This document shows, one piece after another, positions 46,601 through 56,780 of a DNA stretch of 64,000 nt. Location of the stretch: the NCBI GenBank assembly GCA_000004985.1, contig GG738929.1. One strand, written 5' to 3'. The stretch is from Naegleria gruberi (taxonomy: Eukaryota). Numbering within the stretch: the stretch's first letter is position 1; the number at the start of each line of letters is the position of its first letter. A program made the translations under genes and the position numbers. Under the pieces are notes generated by a model. It made no database searches. It was not told the DNA's origin and saw nothing but the letters and a program-made list of their open reading frames with translations.

Positions 46601-46902
46601 ATTGAGTTTTCATGTAACAAAGCAACGCAAGAACCTTTCTTTAAACTTGGCCATTGCTTCATGATTAATCTTCTGGCCATTGCAACTGATTTGGAAAATT
46701 GACCAAATGTTAAGGTTGATATTTCCAATTTGTAATCTAATGGTAATTCACCATCTGTGATCACTCTTGTGAGGAAAGTTGATTGAGAATTGTTCAAACC
46801 ATAATGTTCTACAAGTTCCAATAAGTTAAAGAATGGTTTCCTATTTAAAGGCCATTCAACTTGAATTCCTTCGTGGTCTATAATTTCTGTTGACTGACTC
46901 AT
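43642..46902 (-). CDS. NRPS-like adenylation–thiolation–reductase enzyme (A-PCP-R). It is either a carboxylic acid reductase or an alpha-aminoadipate reductase of the Lys2 class.
   Basis: The AMP-binding core motifs are LNTSGSTNIPK (A3) and GYGMSEVG (A8 region). The phosphopantetheine attachment site reads NIGLDSISLIKL. The thioester-reductase NAD(P) fold reads VLLTGSTGFLGAFLL. It is a single exon with an ATG at 46902. Confidence 0.85.
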   Translation of the reverse strand: MSQSTEIIDHEGIQVEWPLNRKPFFNLLELVEHYGLNNSQSTFLTRVITDGELPLDYKLEISTLTFGQFSKSVAMARRLIMKQWPSLKKGSCVALLHENSIVYSVLLFALWTLGCINFPVNNKLTPGIISKLLELGNVKYVSLSPQILDSMIKASDKESMDTFFKTADKYMITSDISQQLKDYEKHEYSSYLKPFDIISAIKDQLDTTISDEDLKQALKLPFKFEDPCFYLNTSGSTNIPKIVIHNMRSLMSSLHYSQSIGTTSQQYVINFLPLFHLMGLYNLLGCLYKGTNYIMFNQTTRQSISQTLSQVLLSHKEHLPSTRAIVFPILLEEIMESEEKTKLLSECLVVALGGVSTPNHLINYCQDHRINITNGYGMSEVGVVMAADPFTGAFKSMKCVIPEKYIVWQPYEMEKCYLLNLKKGCPTCALDYMSINNTKFWVDGIFCTHDLFFEYPKDHYFYNTRSDNILCHTNGEMTNPVPIENEIDSFDGSVVRSAVIGHNRPFCVALIEIDPKKKPNNIKEKISEQIIEMNNRLPFHSRIVDFILLTNDSIPTSSLKGLVSRSKTEQVFKNIIDSLYNVSSSANENENIMVKKPQSSKKASKIAEPSQFLEFMNKQIFINEENAIELNTSLTNIGLDSISLIKLRNYIKNEFNVQLSVDEVYKMNTPKKLIEAINQSELLTPVVNEEIMKYLEKSKESLPQSISSSQPLIHEQVLLTGSTGFLGAFLLRDLLELQELKMVYCICRGNSIDHATKRLIDNMKKYSLWKNEYISRVQVLVGDVGLDLFGMDRATYDELARNVDVVYHGGSVVNFIQPFSSLKESNVDGTRRMIEFSFQSRVKPLLYVSSISAAPLDKDSGQPIERISTLSEMNLTFGYPQTKFASECLLKQAKDILGLPILIVRPGLIIGNETGEMPKGFLLERMLKSIKRTNSTPNLEIVRNLVNVDFVSKIIVNSTRFKLFDLEIIHICNTNPPTHEELLNHLKTNYPNLYGKVEETSFDNFLSNVTENDKSDDGMYPLSQWAKETLQSGKKDSSKYSESVIHLKQATNRLKELNSNLLVEEMSSFSMIDYLIKCLGGQVEAQ

Positions 46903-47096
46903 GAATTGTTTTTCTATGATATTATTTCTATCAAAAATAACTCGTGGAGTTTATATTTCTGATATTACAAATTTAGAAATAAACCTTTCTGAGGTTAAAT
47001 AAATTAAGGGATTTGAACAATTGAAGGAAATGTGCGTAGTGATTCTTACAGTTGTAGATGGAATGGATATCATTTAAAATATTTACAATATTTGAT

Positions 47097-47944
47097 TTAA
47101 GGTTCATAGGACATGAGTTCTTCCTTGTCATCTTTTGACATTTTCTCGACAGCATATCTAAGACCTTCTCTACTGAAATGTGAATAATTTTCCTTAATAA
47201 AATCAGTTACCAAATCCAAATCAGCTAAACTCAATTCTCTCAGCACCCATCCAGTTCCAAGTTGTGCAAATCTTTCACTATTCTTCACTGTTGTACTACA
47301 AATATCAATAATCAAGTCGTTATATTCTCCATGCTTGGCAATCTTTACAAAACTAACACAAGCACTTCGTTGTTTCCACAAATTATCGGAATCTTTCCAC
47401 TTTTGAACAACTTGTGCCAAACTTGAATCTCTTTTAATGAGCTCACAAATTACAGTTGAGCTAATAGTATCACAAGTTGCCCAATCATAAACATGTTCCT
47501 TATCAAATAAATTCTCCTCAATTCCATTCACAACATATAATCCATTGACTCCAATTTCATCATCTTCAGTTGATTTCTTCTTCTTTTTTGGTACAAAGTT
47601 TTTAACATTTGATGCCAATATCTAATTCATTATTATATATTCCAAATTAAATACTCAGTTATCAAATAAAAACCAACCTTGATTCCAATAGATTTCTCTT
47701 CAAAATATTTACTTGCTATTAATTCATAACTAACATCCACCTGATCCTTCAATTCTGGTATATTTGTTTGTAAATTACTTTTCAGAGTATCTTTCCAACA
47801 TTTTTCAACAATCGGAGCCTTCAATCCATGAAATTTAATAACATTCTTCATGTAGCCTTCTTGGTGTTTAGCAGAGTCCTTGTTGGCTACTTTTAATAGT
47901 GTTGTTCGGACGAGTTTTGTAAAATTCATACGTTTGACTTCCAT
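47097..47944 (-). CDS. AlkD-like DNA alkylation repair protein (HEAT-like repeat glycosylase family). Exons are 47678..47944 and 47097..47622.
   Basis: YMKNVIKFHGLKAPIVEK and WATCDTISSTVICELI...SDNLWKQRSACVSFVKIAKHGEY...TGWVLRELS match the AlkD/AlkC family. A 55-nt intron (AAG|GTTGGT ... AATTAG) joins the two track ORFs. Confidence 0.65.
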
Positions 47945-48332
47945 CTGTTTGTGAGAGTGCCAGCAACCTATGTGTTGATTTTTTTTATGTTTTGATTTTC
48001 AAATAATGGCGCCAATTTATTGTACTGGGTTTGAAACAGTTCGAATTTTTACAAGAAGTCCAATCAATGTGATGATTCACTAAACACATAATTTGTCCAC
48101 TTCACTAACTTCACGCATGGCATGGCTACAGAAAAATCAATTCATTGGTTTTTTCTTTTTCTCTATTAAAAGCGAAATTACAATTTACATGAACAATAGT
48201 AAAACTCCAACAATAAGAATAAAACTGAAACTATGGCCTCTATTGGGGTTTAGTGAAAAACAATTTATTTAATTATTTAAAGATTAAAAAAGATTAAAAA
48301 AATTAAACTTTCTTGGGAACAGTGTTGGAAAA

Positions 48333-50081
48333 ATGTTTTTTGATAATGATACTCTATTTGTCATTTTCCATTACATGACTCCGTGGAATTTATTATTTAC
48401 AACCAGTAGAGTTTCTAAACAATGGAAATATGTTTCCTCACTCATTCCGATCCATTTAAAATTTAATCAATTTAATACTTTTCATCAAATCATGATGATG
48501 AAATTTATTACTACTCATCATCTAATTGATGATCATCAGATGAATGAAAATAATTCTTTTAAAATTGTGGAATTAAATTTAATGAACATGTATATTAAAA
48601 AGGAAAATATTCATTTATTATATGAACACATTAATGTATTGAAATGTTCATTAACGAGTTTGAGTTTACCAAGACTTTTACCGAGAGATGTTTTGGAGAA
48701 AATTTCAGAAATTGAAATGGAACACTTGACACAATTAATGATTGATGGATGTGAAATGAATTTAGATTGTACATTATTTTGTAAATTTAAATTAAAACAA
48801 TTGAGATTAACAGAGATTATAACAGTGGAAGCATTTTCTGCTCTTGCAAAAAATGAAAATTTGTACAATTTAACAAGTTTAGACTTGTCTATTTCTCAAT
48901 CTACCGTTGAAAGCATTGAAATATTGAGTAATAGTTTAATATTTAGTAATTTAACATGTTTAATTATGGAGCATAATCATATAGATGATGAAATGGTTAA
49001 AATTCTAACAAAATGTAAATATTTATCAAAAATAAGGAAATTGAATTTATTTGCAAATGATATTGGAAATGTTGGACTACTCCACATATCATCTTGTGAA
49101 TATTTGAGGCAATTAAATCATTTAGATTTGAGGAGAAATTCATTTACTGATATTGGAATCGGCTATTTGAGTAATAGTTCAAATATGCAAAATTTAGAAT
49201 ATTTGGATTTGAGTAGAAATGTATTGAGTGGTGATAGTGCTATATTATTATCAAATAGTCAATATTTAACAAATATTAAATCAATTAATCTAACTTCTAA
49301 TAGTTTAGGATATTCATGCGTTAAGGAAATTTCTAAATTTAAACAATTGGAAGAATTGAAATTATGTAATAATGATCTCAACCAAGAATCCATGGAAATT
49401 ATTTCCAAATCCTTCACAAAATTGAAAGTTTTAGATTTGAGTGATAATCCAATTATGGAAGGTGCTTCGCATCTTCAAAATTTACCAAATTCCAATTTAA
49501 TTCATTTAGATCTATCGCTTTGTAAACTTCCAATCAAATGTATTGTTGATTTATCAATGAGTGATTCTATATTGAATGTAAAGAAGCTATATTTGGGATT
49601 TAATCAAATTGGAGATGAAGGTGTCATGTTAATTTCGTCTAGTCTTTACAATCTCACTCATTTGTTTCTTCCATTTTCGAATATTACATCAAGAGGTGTA
49701 AAATATTTATGTGATGGAGTGTTGGATAGAATTGAATTGTTGGATTTGGCAAATAACATGATAGGAAATGAAGGATTGACCTACATTTCACAATGTAATA
49801 ATTTTTCCTATTTGGAATATCTATATTTGGATATTAATATTTTAATAAGTGATTTGAGTGAATTATTGTTTGTGAATGGAAATTTACAAAATTTAAAACA
49901 TATTTCAGCTAGAAAATGTATGATTGTTAAATTAATTGAGAAATCTGATGAAAATATTTCTTTGCCATTATTGGAATTTCTCGATATTTCAAAGAATAAG
50001 TTTGAGAAGAGTGAACTTTCTAAATTAATGAAGAAAACTTCAATTCTGCCTTGTACTCTTTCTCTAGTCATTTTGTATTAA
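48333..50081 (+). CDS. F-box / RNI-like leucine-rich-repeat protein
   Basis: An N-terminal F-box-like motif (LFVIFHYMTPWNLLFTTSRVSKQWKYV) is followed by about 20 LRRs of the L..LDL..N.I type. The ATG is at 48333. Confidence 0.7.
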   Translation: MFFDNDTLFVIFHYMTPWNLLFTTSRVSKQWKYVSSLIPIHLKFNQFNTFHQIMMMKFITTHHLIDDHQMNENNSFKIVELNLMNMYIKKENIHLLYEHINVLKCSLTSLSLPRLLPRDVLEKISEIEMEHLTQLMIDGCEMNLDCTLFCKFKLKQLRLTEIITVEAFSALAKNENLYNLTSLDLSISQSTVESIEILSNSLIFSNLTCLIMEHNHIDDEMVKILTKCKYLSKIRKLNLFANDIGNVGLLHISSCEYLRQLNHLDLRRNSFTDIGIGYLSNSSNMQNLEYLDLSRNVLSGDSAILLSNSQYLTNIKSINLTSNSLGYSCVKEISKFKQLEELKLCNNDLNQESMEIISKSFTKLKVLDLSDNPIMEGASHLQNLPNSNLIHLDLSLCKLPIKCIVDLSMSDSILNVKKLYLGFNQIGDEGVMLISSSLYNLTHLFLPFSNITSRGVKYLCDGVLDRIELLDLANNMIGNEGLTYISQCNNFSYLEYLYLDINILISDLSELLFVNGNLQNLKHISARKCMIVKLIEKSDENISLPLLEFLDISKNKFEKSELSKLMKKTSILPCTLSLVILY

Positions 50082-50327
50082 GGTTTTTTCAGAACTATGT
50101 TTTCGATCTTAATATTTTTTTTAGTATTATTTAGCATTGCACTGCAAGCCATAAACTTATTCATCATGTGGATTTTATAAAGATTTATCATTGCTTTCTG
50201 TGATAATTATTGCTCAGCTCTTTCAAATCATTCAAGGCTAATCCGAATGACAAGATGGAAATAATCCTTATGGCGATCAACCAGAATCTGTCTATCCTGA
50301 TATCTGCTCAAATTTAATTCTTCATGA

Positions 50328-52301
50328 TTAAATGCAATATCTTTTCACAAGGGATGAATCAATTTCAACCTTGAATAATATTTTGAAGAGAAAGCTGTGA
50401 GTAATTCTTTCATCGTTAACAAAGTGTATTGATGAATGATTACACAACAATGCACTAATGCAGAACATGAAATCTTCCTTAAGGAATGGAGATGCATCAG
50501 AAAATGCATACTCATAGGAGAGTATGGCAGCCTTGACAATGTCAGGATTACTTTTCAATCTTGGAGAGGCAAATTTGAGTGCCATTCCACTATTCTTACA
50601 TGCCGTCATGATTACTTCAAAATCATCACACAGTGGAGGGTCTGCATATTGTAATGTGTATGGATAATGTTTCACAGCATGAAGTAGCAACTCTCTGTCA
50701 GTAATTGTACTTGGATATTTGTTGAAAAAGTCGGCACTCTTTTCAACAGATGACCAAATCAATTCCTTGTCGGCTCTTAGACTTTCTGGAATGACATCCA
50801 GGTGATCGGTTCCATATTTTTTAACAATCATCATAATTAGCTCTCTATCATTTCTAAAGGATGAATCAAGGAACTTGAATAGGCATGGATTATTCTCCAC
50901 AATTTCAAAAATTAAATTTCTATCCAATTTCAACTCTGGAGTTAAAAACTTGTAGGCATTTGGTGAATATTTAAGAACCTTTTTTAGGAAATCCAAGTCC
51001 TTGACTAATTCAGGGTTCAGAAACTTTGTTCCTTCATTTGGTTTGTATTTTATGTATGCCAACAATACTTCCTTGTCGTTTCTGATATGTTTAGGCAATT
51101 TCTTATATTCTATAGCATTAAAAACTTGCATGACAACTTCTTTATCATTCCACAAATCCTCAGAGAGTTCATAAATAGAAACTTCAAATTCTGGTACCAT
51201 TTTAAGTATTAATGATCTATTACTGGATATTCTTCTTTCTATTTCATCAAAGACATGTCTTGGGTGCGATGATAAGTGAGCTCTTATTACTTCTTCATCA
51301 TCCCACAGTTGATGATCTGTAACTTGGCTTAGAATAAAATCATGATCTGATGAATCTGAAACCCGTAGACAACTCAGCAAAATTTCTCTATCATTGAAGC
51401 ATGATTTTTCTAAATAATAAATAGATGACCCATTTCTGGCTATGAGTGTTTTAGCTACCTGTTTGTAGTGTGGATATTCTAGTGGAAGACAAGATAAAGA
51501 TAAGTTTTTTTCCATGGCAACTTGAACTAGTTCATCAAAAAATGGCAGGTCAACTGGAACATATTTAAGATGATTACTATTTCCAGAGATTGCTTTCAAT
51601 AAAATATCATAATCCAGGGCATGTTTGGTATTTTTGATATGACCATAAGGATGGTTCTCCAACACGATCAATAACAAATCCTTTCTTTCACATATCAAAT
51701 CACTAGGAAGATAAGAAAGTGATATTCCACTCTTCACACACTCCTCAATAATGTCCAAATCTAGTGATTTGTAAACACCTGCTTTTAAGTAATTCAACTT
51801 TCCATGTTGTGCCAATTCCAAAACAATTTCCTTATTATCCTTAATTTCTGGATAAAATATGCCAACATTCAGTCCGTTGGACAAACAAGCTGCGATTCTA
51901 ATATCAATGTCTCTTTTCAATTCATTTGGAAGATAATCGAAAATATAACCATAAACACTGAGAGCTAACAGGGCAATATCCTTTCTCGTTTTTAAATGTT
52001 CGGGTATTTTGGAATAATTGAACCCATCCGATTCAATTGCTAGTTTGACAATTGTTTCATCATTTTTCAATCTTTCAGAAATAAATTCAAATCCACTAAA
52101 ATACTTTTTTGAACATGCCATTAATACAATTTCTCTGTCATCTCTCAATCTTTCAGAACAGAATTGAAACGCCAATGGTGCATGTTTAATGGCCAACTCG
52201 ACCACTTGTCTATCATCTTTCCAATGACTTGGAGCATATTTCAATACGTATGCGTTATGGGATACTAGCAATTTAATGACATGTTTGTAGTAATTGACCA
52301 T
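50328..52301 (-). CDS. DUF4116-like repeat protein (about 25 tandem repeats of roughly 26 aa). A possible upstream exon lies at 52366..52542.
   Basis: The repeat unit is of the form KNDREIVLAAVKQNG.AL.YA. The ATG is at 52301. An upstream ORF with a real ATG at 52542 could splice in through a GTATGG donor and a TTGCTAG acceptor (64-nt intron). This is unverified. Confidence 0.6.
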   Translation of the reverse strand: MVNYYKHVIKLLVSHNAYVLKYAPSHWKDDRQVVELAIKHAPLAFQFCSERLRDDREIVLMACSKKYFSGFEFISERLKNDETIVKLAIESDGFNYSKIPEHLKTRKDIALLALSVYGYIFDYLPNELKRDIDIRIAACLSNGLNVGIFYPEIKDNKEIVLELAQHGKLNYLKAGVYKSLDLDIIEECVKSGISLSYLPSDLICERKDLLLIVLENHPYGHIKNTKHALDYDILLKAISGNSNHLKYVPVDLPFFDELVQVAMEKNLSLSCLPLEYPHYKQVAKTLIARNGSSIYYLEKSCFNDREILLSCLRVSDSSDHDFILSQVTDHQLWDDEEVIRAHLSSHPRHVFDEIERRISSNRSLILKMVPEFEVSIYELSEDLWNDKEVVMQVFNAIEYKKLPKHIRNDKEVLLAYIKYKPNEGTKFLNPELVKDLDFLKKVLKYSPNAYKFLTPELKLDRNLIFEIVENNPCLFKFLDSSFRNDRELIMMIVKKYGTDHLDVIPESLRADKELIWSSVEKSADFFNKYPSTITDRELLLHAVKHYPYTLQYADPPLCDDFEVIMTACKNSGMALKFASPRLKSNPDIVKAAILSYEYAFSDASPFLKEDFMFCISALLCNHSSIHFVNDERITHSFLFKILFKVEIDSSLVKRYCI

Positions 52302-52667
52302 ATCCCATCACATCGTCCCCTTCCATACAGAGTGGAAACAAATCCTTCTCCAATTCGGTGAGTGATTCCACTTCAGATAAAACCTTTTCATGAGTGAAGA
52401 GAAATTTAATGTACTCTCGGAGGGGAAATATCTTTAGAAGGAGCTTGGTTTCTTGAATGTATTTTGAACGGAGGAGGAAACAACGAGGTGTTTCATCCAG
52501 AAGGATTCTCACTGCAGGTTGTATTATTTGAACTAGAGACATTTTTTGAATCAAAAAGTTTAATTCAGATCTGAAATTTACACTCCCAAATTCAGTTCAA
52601 TTCTAAAATCCATTATTGTTATTATTGTATGAAATTTGAGTTTTACAATTTACATTACAATAATATG

Positions 52668-54212
52668 CTAATAGTAACAATCGTCAAAAATATCATCTCC
52701 ATCAAGTTCCTCAACTTTCTCAATACCATTTGTGAATGTGAATGGTTTCTTGTTTGCTCCACTCTCATCATTTCTTGAAGAGTAGAAATAATCTTGGATA
52801 TTAAAGAGTTTACGTTTGTGAGTCATAGCATATGAAGCCATAAATTTCACAATATTAATTGGATCATTTGTACCATTTCCTAATATTTTCCCAATCATTG
52901 ATAGATATTCTGATTCAACATTATTGGTGGGCTCATCAAATCTACTCTTTTCAGAACAGTTTTGATAAATGTAAACTGAATCTTTTGGATTATTGAAATA
53001 ACATTCGAGTCCAACATCAACAAAATCATCATCTCCAGTATAGTTTTCACATTCATATTTCAAAGAAAAGAACTTGTACTTTTCTTGGAGACTTCCTCTG
53101 ATCCTTATATCAAATTCAACTTTTTCATAACAGTTCTCCTCATTAAAAATTCGAACAACAGTCACAGGAGAACACCAAGTAACATTTTTGAAAGCTGGTG
53201 ATGGAGCTTGAAGAGTTTTAGCTATCCTTGTTGATGATAAATTGTTGGCAGAGAATCGCACAAACTTCAATATTGAATTAATTGATTTTTTTGGGATTTT
53301 ACACATCTTATCAATTAGATCTGAGGCAAATTGGATTCCTTTCTTGCTTGGAACATTTTCGCACCACCCAAACTTATCAACCCTCTCTAGTATGTTACAG
53401 CCAGGTGCTTTTGTATATGCTTCAATCAATGATTGATAAATTGTATCCATATTCTTCTCTGGAAGCAGAGTTTTAATTAATGCTTGTATATTTCCCCTAA
53501 CACCGAAGGCAGTTGTTTTCAATACAGCATCTAACCCACATTTGTCAATATCTATTTCTTCCAAACTGGCTTTTTCATAATGAATAAGAACTCTATTATT
53601 ACATGAAATGACAAATGTTGAAAGTAAGTGATTAAAAGATCGAAAAGTAGCATAATCTATCTTGATCAATAAATACTGATTCGAATCTCTTACAAGGAGT
53701 TTCTTAATTGAGGAAGTGAATGAAGAATTTCCTGTTTTAACAACATTAAAGCAAAATAAGCTTCCTAAATTCTTGTCTATCATTATATTTTCCTTAATTT
53801 CCTTGTCCAAAATTGCAATTTCAGCATTTAATCTATAACATATTCCAAGAAAGAAGTTTCTCGTATCTACCTCTGAAGTAAATTCTCTACATGCTTCTTT
53901 CATTAACATTGCAATCTTTCTTGATTGATAATGATATAAAAAATTATCCCCATCCATAATATTCCTAATTGATGTACAAGTTGCATACAATGAACATTGT
54001 GTATCCAAAGAGGAAAAACTACAAATTTCGTCCAAAATTCCTAATTCCATCGGAAAACATTTTGTCATCATTGAATTATTAGCTGCTGCTGCGGATGACA
54101 CTGCAGAGGAATTCAATAATGGAGTTGGTGATGATGATTCATTAGAGATCTTTGCAATTTTTTGCCCTTCATATCCAGAGTTAGATTCAGCCTCTGATGA
54201 TGTTCTTTTCAT
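52668..54212 (-). CDS. Hypothetical protein with an N-terminal F-box-like motif
   Basis: The real ATG is at 54212; the track start codon is GTG. LGILDEICSFSSLDTQCSLYATCTSIRN is F-box-like. The rest is unrecognised. Confidence 0.45.
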   Translation of the reverse strand: MKRTSSEAESNSGYEGQKIAKISNESSSPTPLLNSSAVSSAAAANNSMMTKCFPMELGILDEICSFSSLDTQCSLYATCTSIRNIMDGDNFLYHYQSRKIAMLMKEACREFTSEVDTRNFFLGICYRLNAEIAILDKEIKENIMIDKNLGSLFCFNVVKTGNSSFTSSIKKLLVRDSNQYLLIKIDYATFRSFNHLLSTFVISCNNRVLIHYEKASLEEIDIDKCGLDAVLKTTAFGVRGNIQALIKTLLPEKNMDTIYQSLIEAYTKAPGCNILERVDKFGWCENVPSKKGIQFASDLIDKMCKIPKKSINSILKFVRFSANNLSSTRIAKTLQAPSPAFKNVTWCSPVTVVRIFNEENCYEKVEFDIRIRGSLQEKYKFFSLKYECENYTGDDDFVDVGLECYFNNPKDSVYIYQNCSEKSRFDEPTNNVESEYLSMIGKILGNGTNDPINIVKFMASYAMTHKRKLFNIQDYFYSSRNDESGANKKPFTFTNGIEKVEELDGDDIFDDCYY

Positions 54213-54414
54213 TTTTTTTTTATTGTTTATTTCCAGATAACACACAACATTCTCGACATTCTTTGATGTTCCAATTTCAATTTGATTGTAAACAAGAGTA
54301 AAAAAATTGAAGATGAGTTGAAAATCTATTTGTGTTAATATAGATTGAAGTAAATAATGGTGATTTAAAAAACACTAATATTAGAATGAATATTAAAAAA
54401 CCAATTCAAAGAAA

Positions 54415-56388
54415 ATGTACTCACTGCACCAACACACTACTCAAGATGAATGTAATGATCATTCACATTCTGATACCTTCTTCGATGATAATAGTACTAT
54501 TGAGTCATTGCTCAATGATGATTTGTTTTCACACCTTGCTGGCAATACTCAAGCACCATCAGAGAGTGGAGTTTCTAATTCTTGTCATGATTTTGAAGAT
54601 GATAACGATGATAATGAACGAGTTGACAATGAAGAAGAAAGTATGCCACCTTGTAAACACCTAACACCAGATGCAAAGAAGGAGAAGGAGGAATTTGTTG
54701 CTAGAAAATTAACAGAAGAGGAAATTCCAATGGAAAGAACAATATTTTGCAGTAATTGTACTTCATGCACTTCATGTGTCTGTCAGAAGAATAAGCTTCC
54801 CTGTACAGTTAAATGTGCATGTCAAATTAAATGTAAAAATTTGAGAAAAGAAGTACTAACTGATAATTGGATTCAACACAAAACCTTACCAGAAAGAAAT
54901 ATTGAAAGTCCACTAATAGTTGGTCCAATTAATGTGAAACAAGATTTATCCATAAAGGAATCATTTCAATTGATTTGGACACCTGATATTATAGAACACA
55001 TTTATGAGAGAACCAATAGAAAGTTTGAATATTGGCAAATTTACTCAGATGAGATTAAAATGTATAAACTTGCAATTAAAGACAAATCCAAAAAGAGAAA
55101 GAGAATGAACAATAACACTAATCCATCTGAATCCATTGAATTATGTTCAGATATCGAATATGATCAGCCAGTTAGAACTCCAAAAAAGATATTTCCTGAT
55201 TTTGATGAATATTTCACAAAATGTAAAACTGAAAACAAAATATTAGAAGAAAAGTTTTCAAGAAAGCAAATTACTAACTTTTTAAATATTTCTATATTGA
55301 TGAATACTACATGTAAAATTCCAAACATTTGCAATTATTGGACAATATCAGGACTTGATGCAGCCCTTTATGGAAATGGAATATTCAGATATTTAATGAG
55401 TAGATCAATGTTTAATCAAATCAAGCAGAATTTAACATGTGACTCTGATTTTTTGGAAATGAGAGTGAATGAGAATTCTAGAAAATTTTGGAAATGTTTC
55501 AAAGAAATTTCAGTGGATGAAATAATTGCTCCTTTCAAGGGAAAGATTAGTGACAAACAGTTTCTCCCCACCAAACCTCACAATTATGGATTGAAATATT
55601 ATACACTATCTGATTGGGTTGGGTATGTTTATGCATTTTGGTTGTCAAAACACGAACATAAATCAGATAAAATTGTTTTAGATCTTATTGAGCATATTGA
55701 TGATCCACAGAATCATATTTTAGGTGTCGACAATTATTATGGATCATTAAATTTAGCAAATCAATTATCAGAAAAAGAATGGAATTATGTCATGACAGTG
55801 AGGGCTAATAGACCAACATTTCTTTTCAGTGATGGATTGTTGAAACATCTCAAAAGAAGCAAAACTAAAAAGTGGACTCAAGCTGTCCATAAAAACAATC
55901 ACATGGCTGCTGTTTCTCTCAATGATCACAAAAAGGTTAATTTTTTAACTAATTTGGGAAGTAATCAAACATTTCATTCACAACCACTTGTTCAGAAATA
56001 TGAAAGAATGGGTTGTGTTGAATTGTCTGGAATCAATCTTTACAAAATGGATGTTCCCTTCGAGGTAAATAATTGGAAAATCATCCATCTCTTTGAAGTT
56101 CTACGTATAGCTCTCGTTAATCAATATTTAATTTATAAGCATGTTAGAAACTTAACTAATTTGACCCTCAATGAATATTTGCAAGAGGCAACATTATCTC
56201 ATTGTGAATCCACCAACCCAAATTTCAAAAGAACAATACATTTCCCATCCAGTGTCAAAACTCGTGGACTTTGTGAGCATTGTAAGAATTTTCATTCTCT
56301 CACTCCTATCAAATGTCCTGCTTGTAATTCCTACCTTCATCAAAAGTGTTTTGTAGATTTTCACCTTAAAAAACACATTTATTATTAA
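54415..56388 (+). CDS. piggyBac-transposase-derived protein (DDE_Tnp_1_7-like core, C-terminal Cys-rich zinc finger, extra N-terminal CxxC-rich region). It could be domesticated or the ORF of an element.
   Basis: The core blocks are WTPDIIEHIYERTN, IAPFKGKISDKQFLPTKPHNYGLKYY and GVDNYYGSLNLANQLSEKEWNYVMTVRANRPTF, matching the DNFFTS...GT.R.NR block. The C-terminus CEHCKNFHSLTPIKCPACNSYLHQKCF is a piggyBac-type CRD. The 657-aa ORF is intact. I did not verify TIRs or TTAA target sites. Confidence 0.7.
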   Translation: MYSLHQHTTQDECNDHSHSDTFFDDNSTIESLLNDDLFSHLAGNTQAPSESGVSNSCHDFEDDNDDNERVDNEEESMPPCKHLTPDAKKEKEEFVARKLTEEEIPMERTIFCSNCTSCTSCVCQKNKLPCTVKCACQIKCKNLRKEVLTDNWIQHKTLPERNIESPLIVGPINVKQDLSIKESFQLIWTPDIIEHIYERTNRKFEYWQIYSDEIKMYKLAIKDKSKKRKRMNNNTNPSESIELCSDIEYDQPVRTPKKIFPDFDEYFTKCKTENKILEEKFSRKQITNFLNISILMNTTCKIPNICNYWTISGLDAALYGNGIFRYLMSRSMFNQIKQNLTCDSDFLEMRVNENSRKFWKCFKEISVDEIIAPFKGKISDKQFLPTKPHNYGLKYYTLSDWVGYVYAFWLSKHEHKSDKIVLDLIEHIDDPQNHILGVDNYYGSLNLANQLSEKEWNYVMTVRANRPTFLFSDGLLKHLKRSKTKKWTQAVHKNNHMAAVSLNDHKKVNFLTNLGSNQTFHSQPLVQKYERMGCVELSGINLYKMDVPFEVNNWKIIHLFEVLRIALVNQYLIYKHVRNLTNLTLNEYLQEATLSHCESTNPNFKRTIHFPSSVKTRGLCEHCKNFHSLTPIKCPACNSYLHQKCFVDFHLKKHIYY

Positions 56389-56601
56389 ACAATTAAATCA
56401 AAGATATTTAGATTTCAATAAAGTATTGAATCTTAATACTTTTTGCCATCAAAACCTTCAGTTTAAGCGACTAGAAAATAGGGGGAACCTTTGCCAATTT
56501 TTCAATACCAAACAAAGGGATAAAAACAGTTTAATAAGTATTAAGTTATTTAATAAAATACTTTTAAGCAATCAAGATCTTGTTTTCAATCTATGACTAA
56601 G

Positions 56602-56606
56602 AAAAA
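56602..56606 (-). terminator. Pol III oligo-T terminator of the 5S gene
   Basis: A TTTTT run lies directly 3' of the 5S end on the minus strand. Confidence 0.5.
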
Positions 56607-56724
56607 GACTACAGCACCACAGGTTCCCAAGTTGTCTCCAACCTCAGTACTGATGTGGCTCGACGATGCTTAACTTCTCAAATCGGACGGGATGAGGTGC
56701 ATGAATCGTGATATGGCCGTAGCC
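56607..56724 (-). rRNA. 5S ribosomal RNA, dispersed copy
   Basis: The minus-strand sequence GGCTACGGCCATATCACGATTCATGCACCTCATCCCGTCCGATTTGAGAAGTTAAGCATCGTCGAGCCACATCAGTACTGAGGTTGGAGACAACTTGGGAACCTGTGGTGCTGTAGTC (118 nt) matches the 5S consensus. Helix I pairs, and a T5 run follows as a Pol III terminator. Confidence 0.85.
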
Positions 56725-56780
56725 ATTTCCTATCATTAAATCTTAATTTTGAATAAGAATATTACTGATTTTTAAATCTA

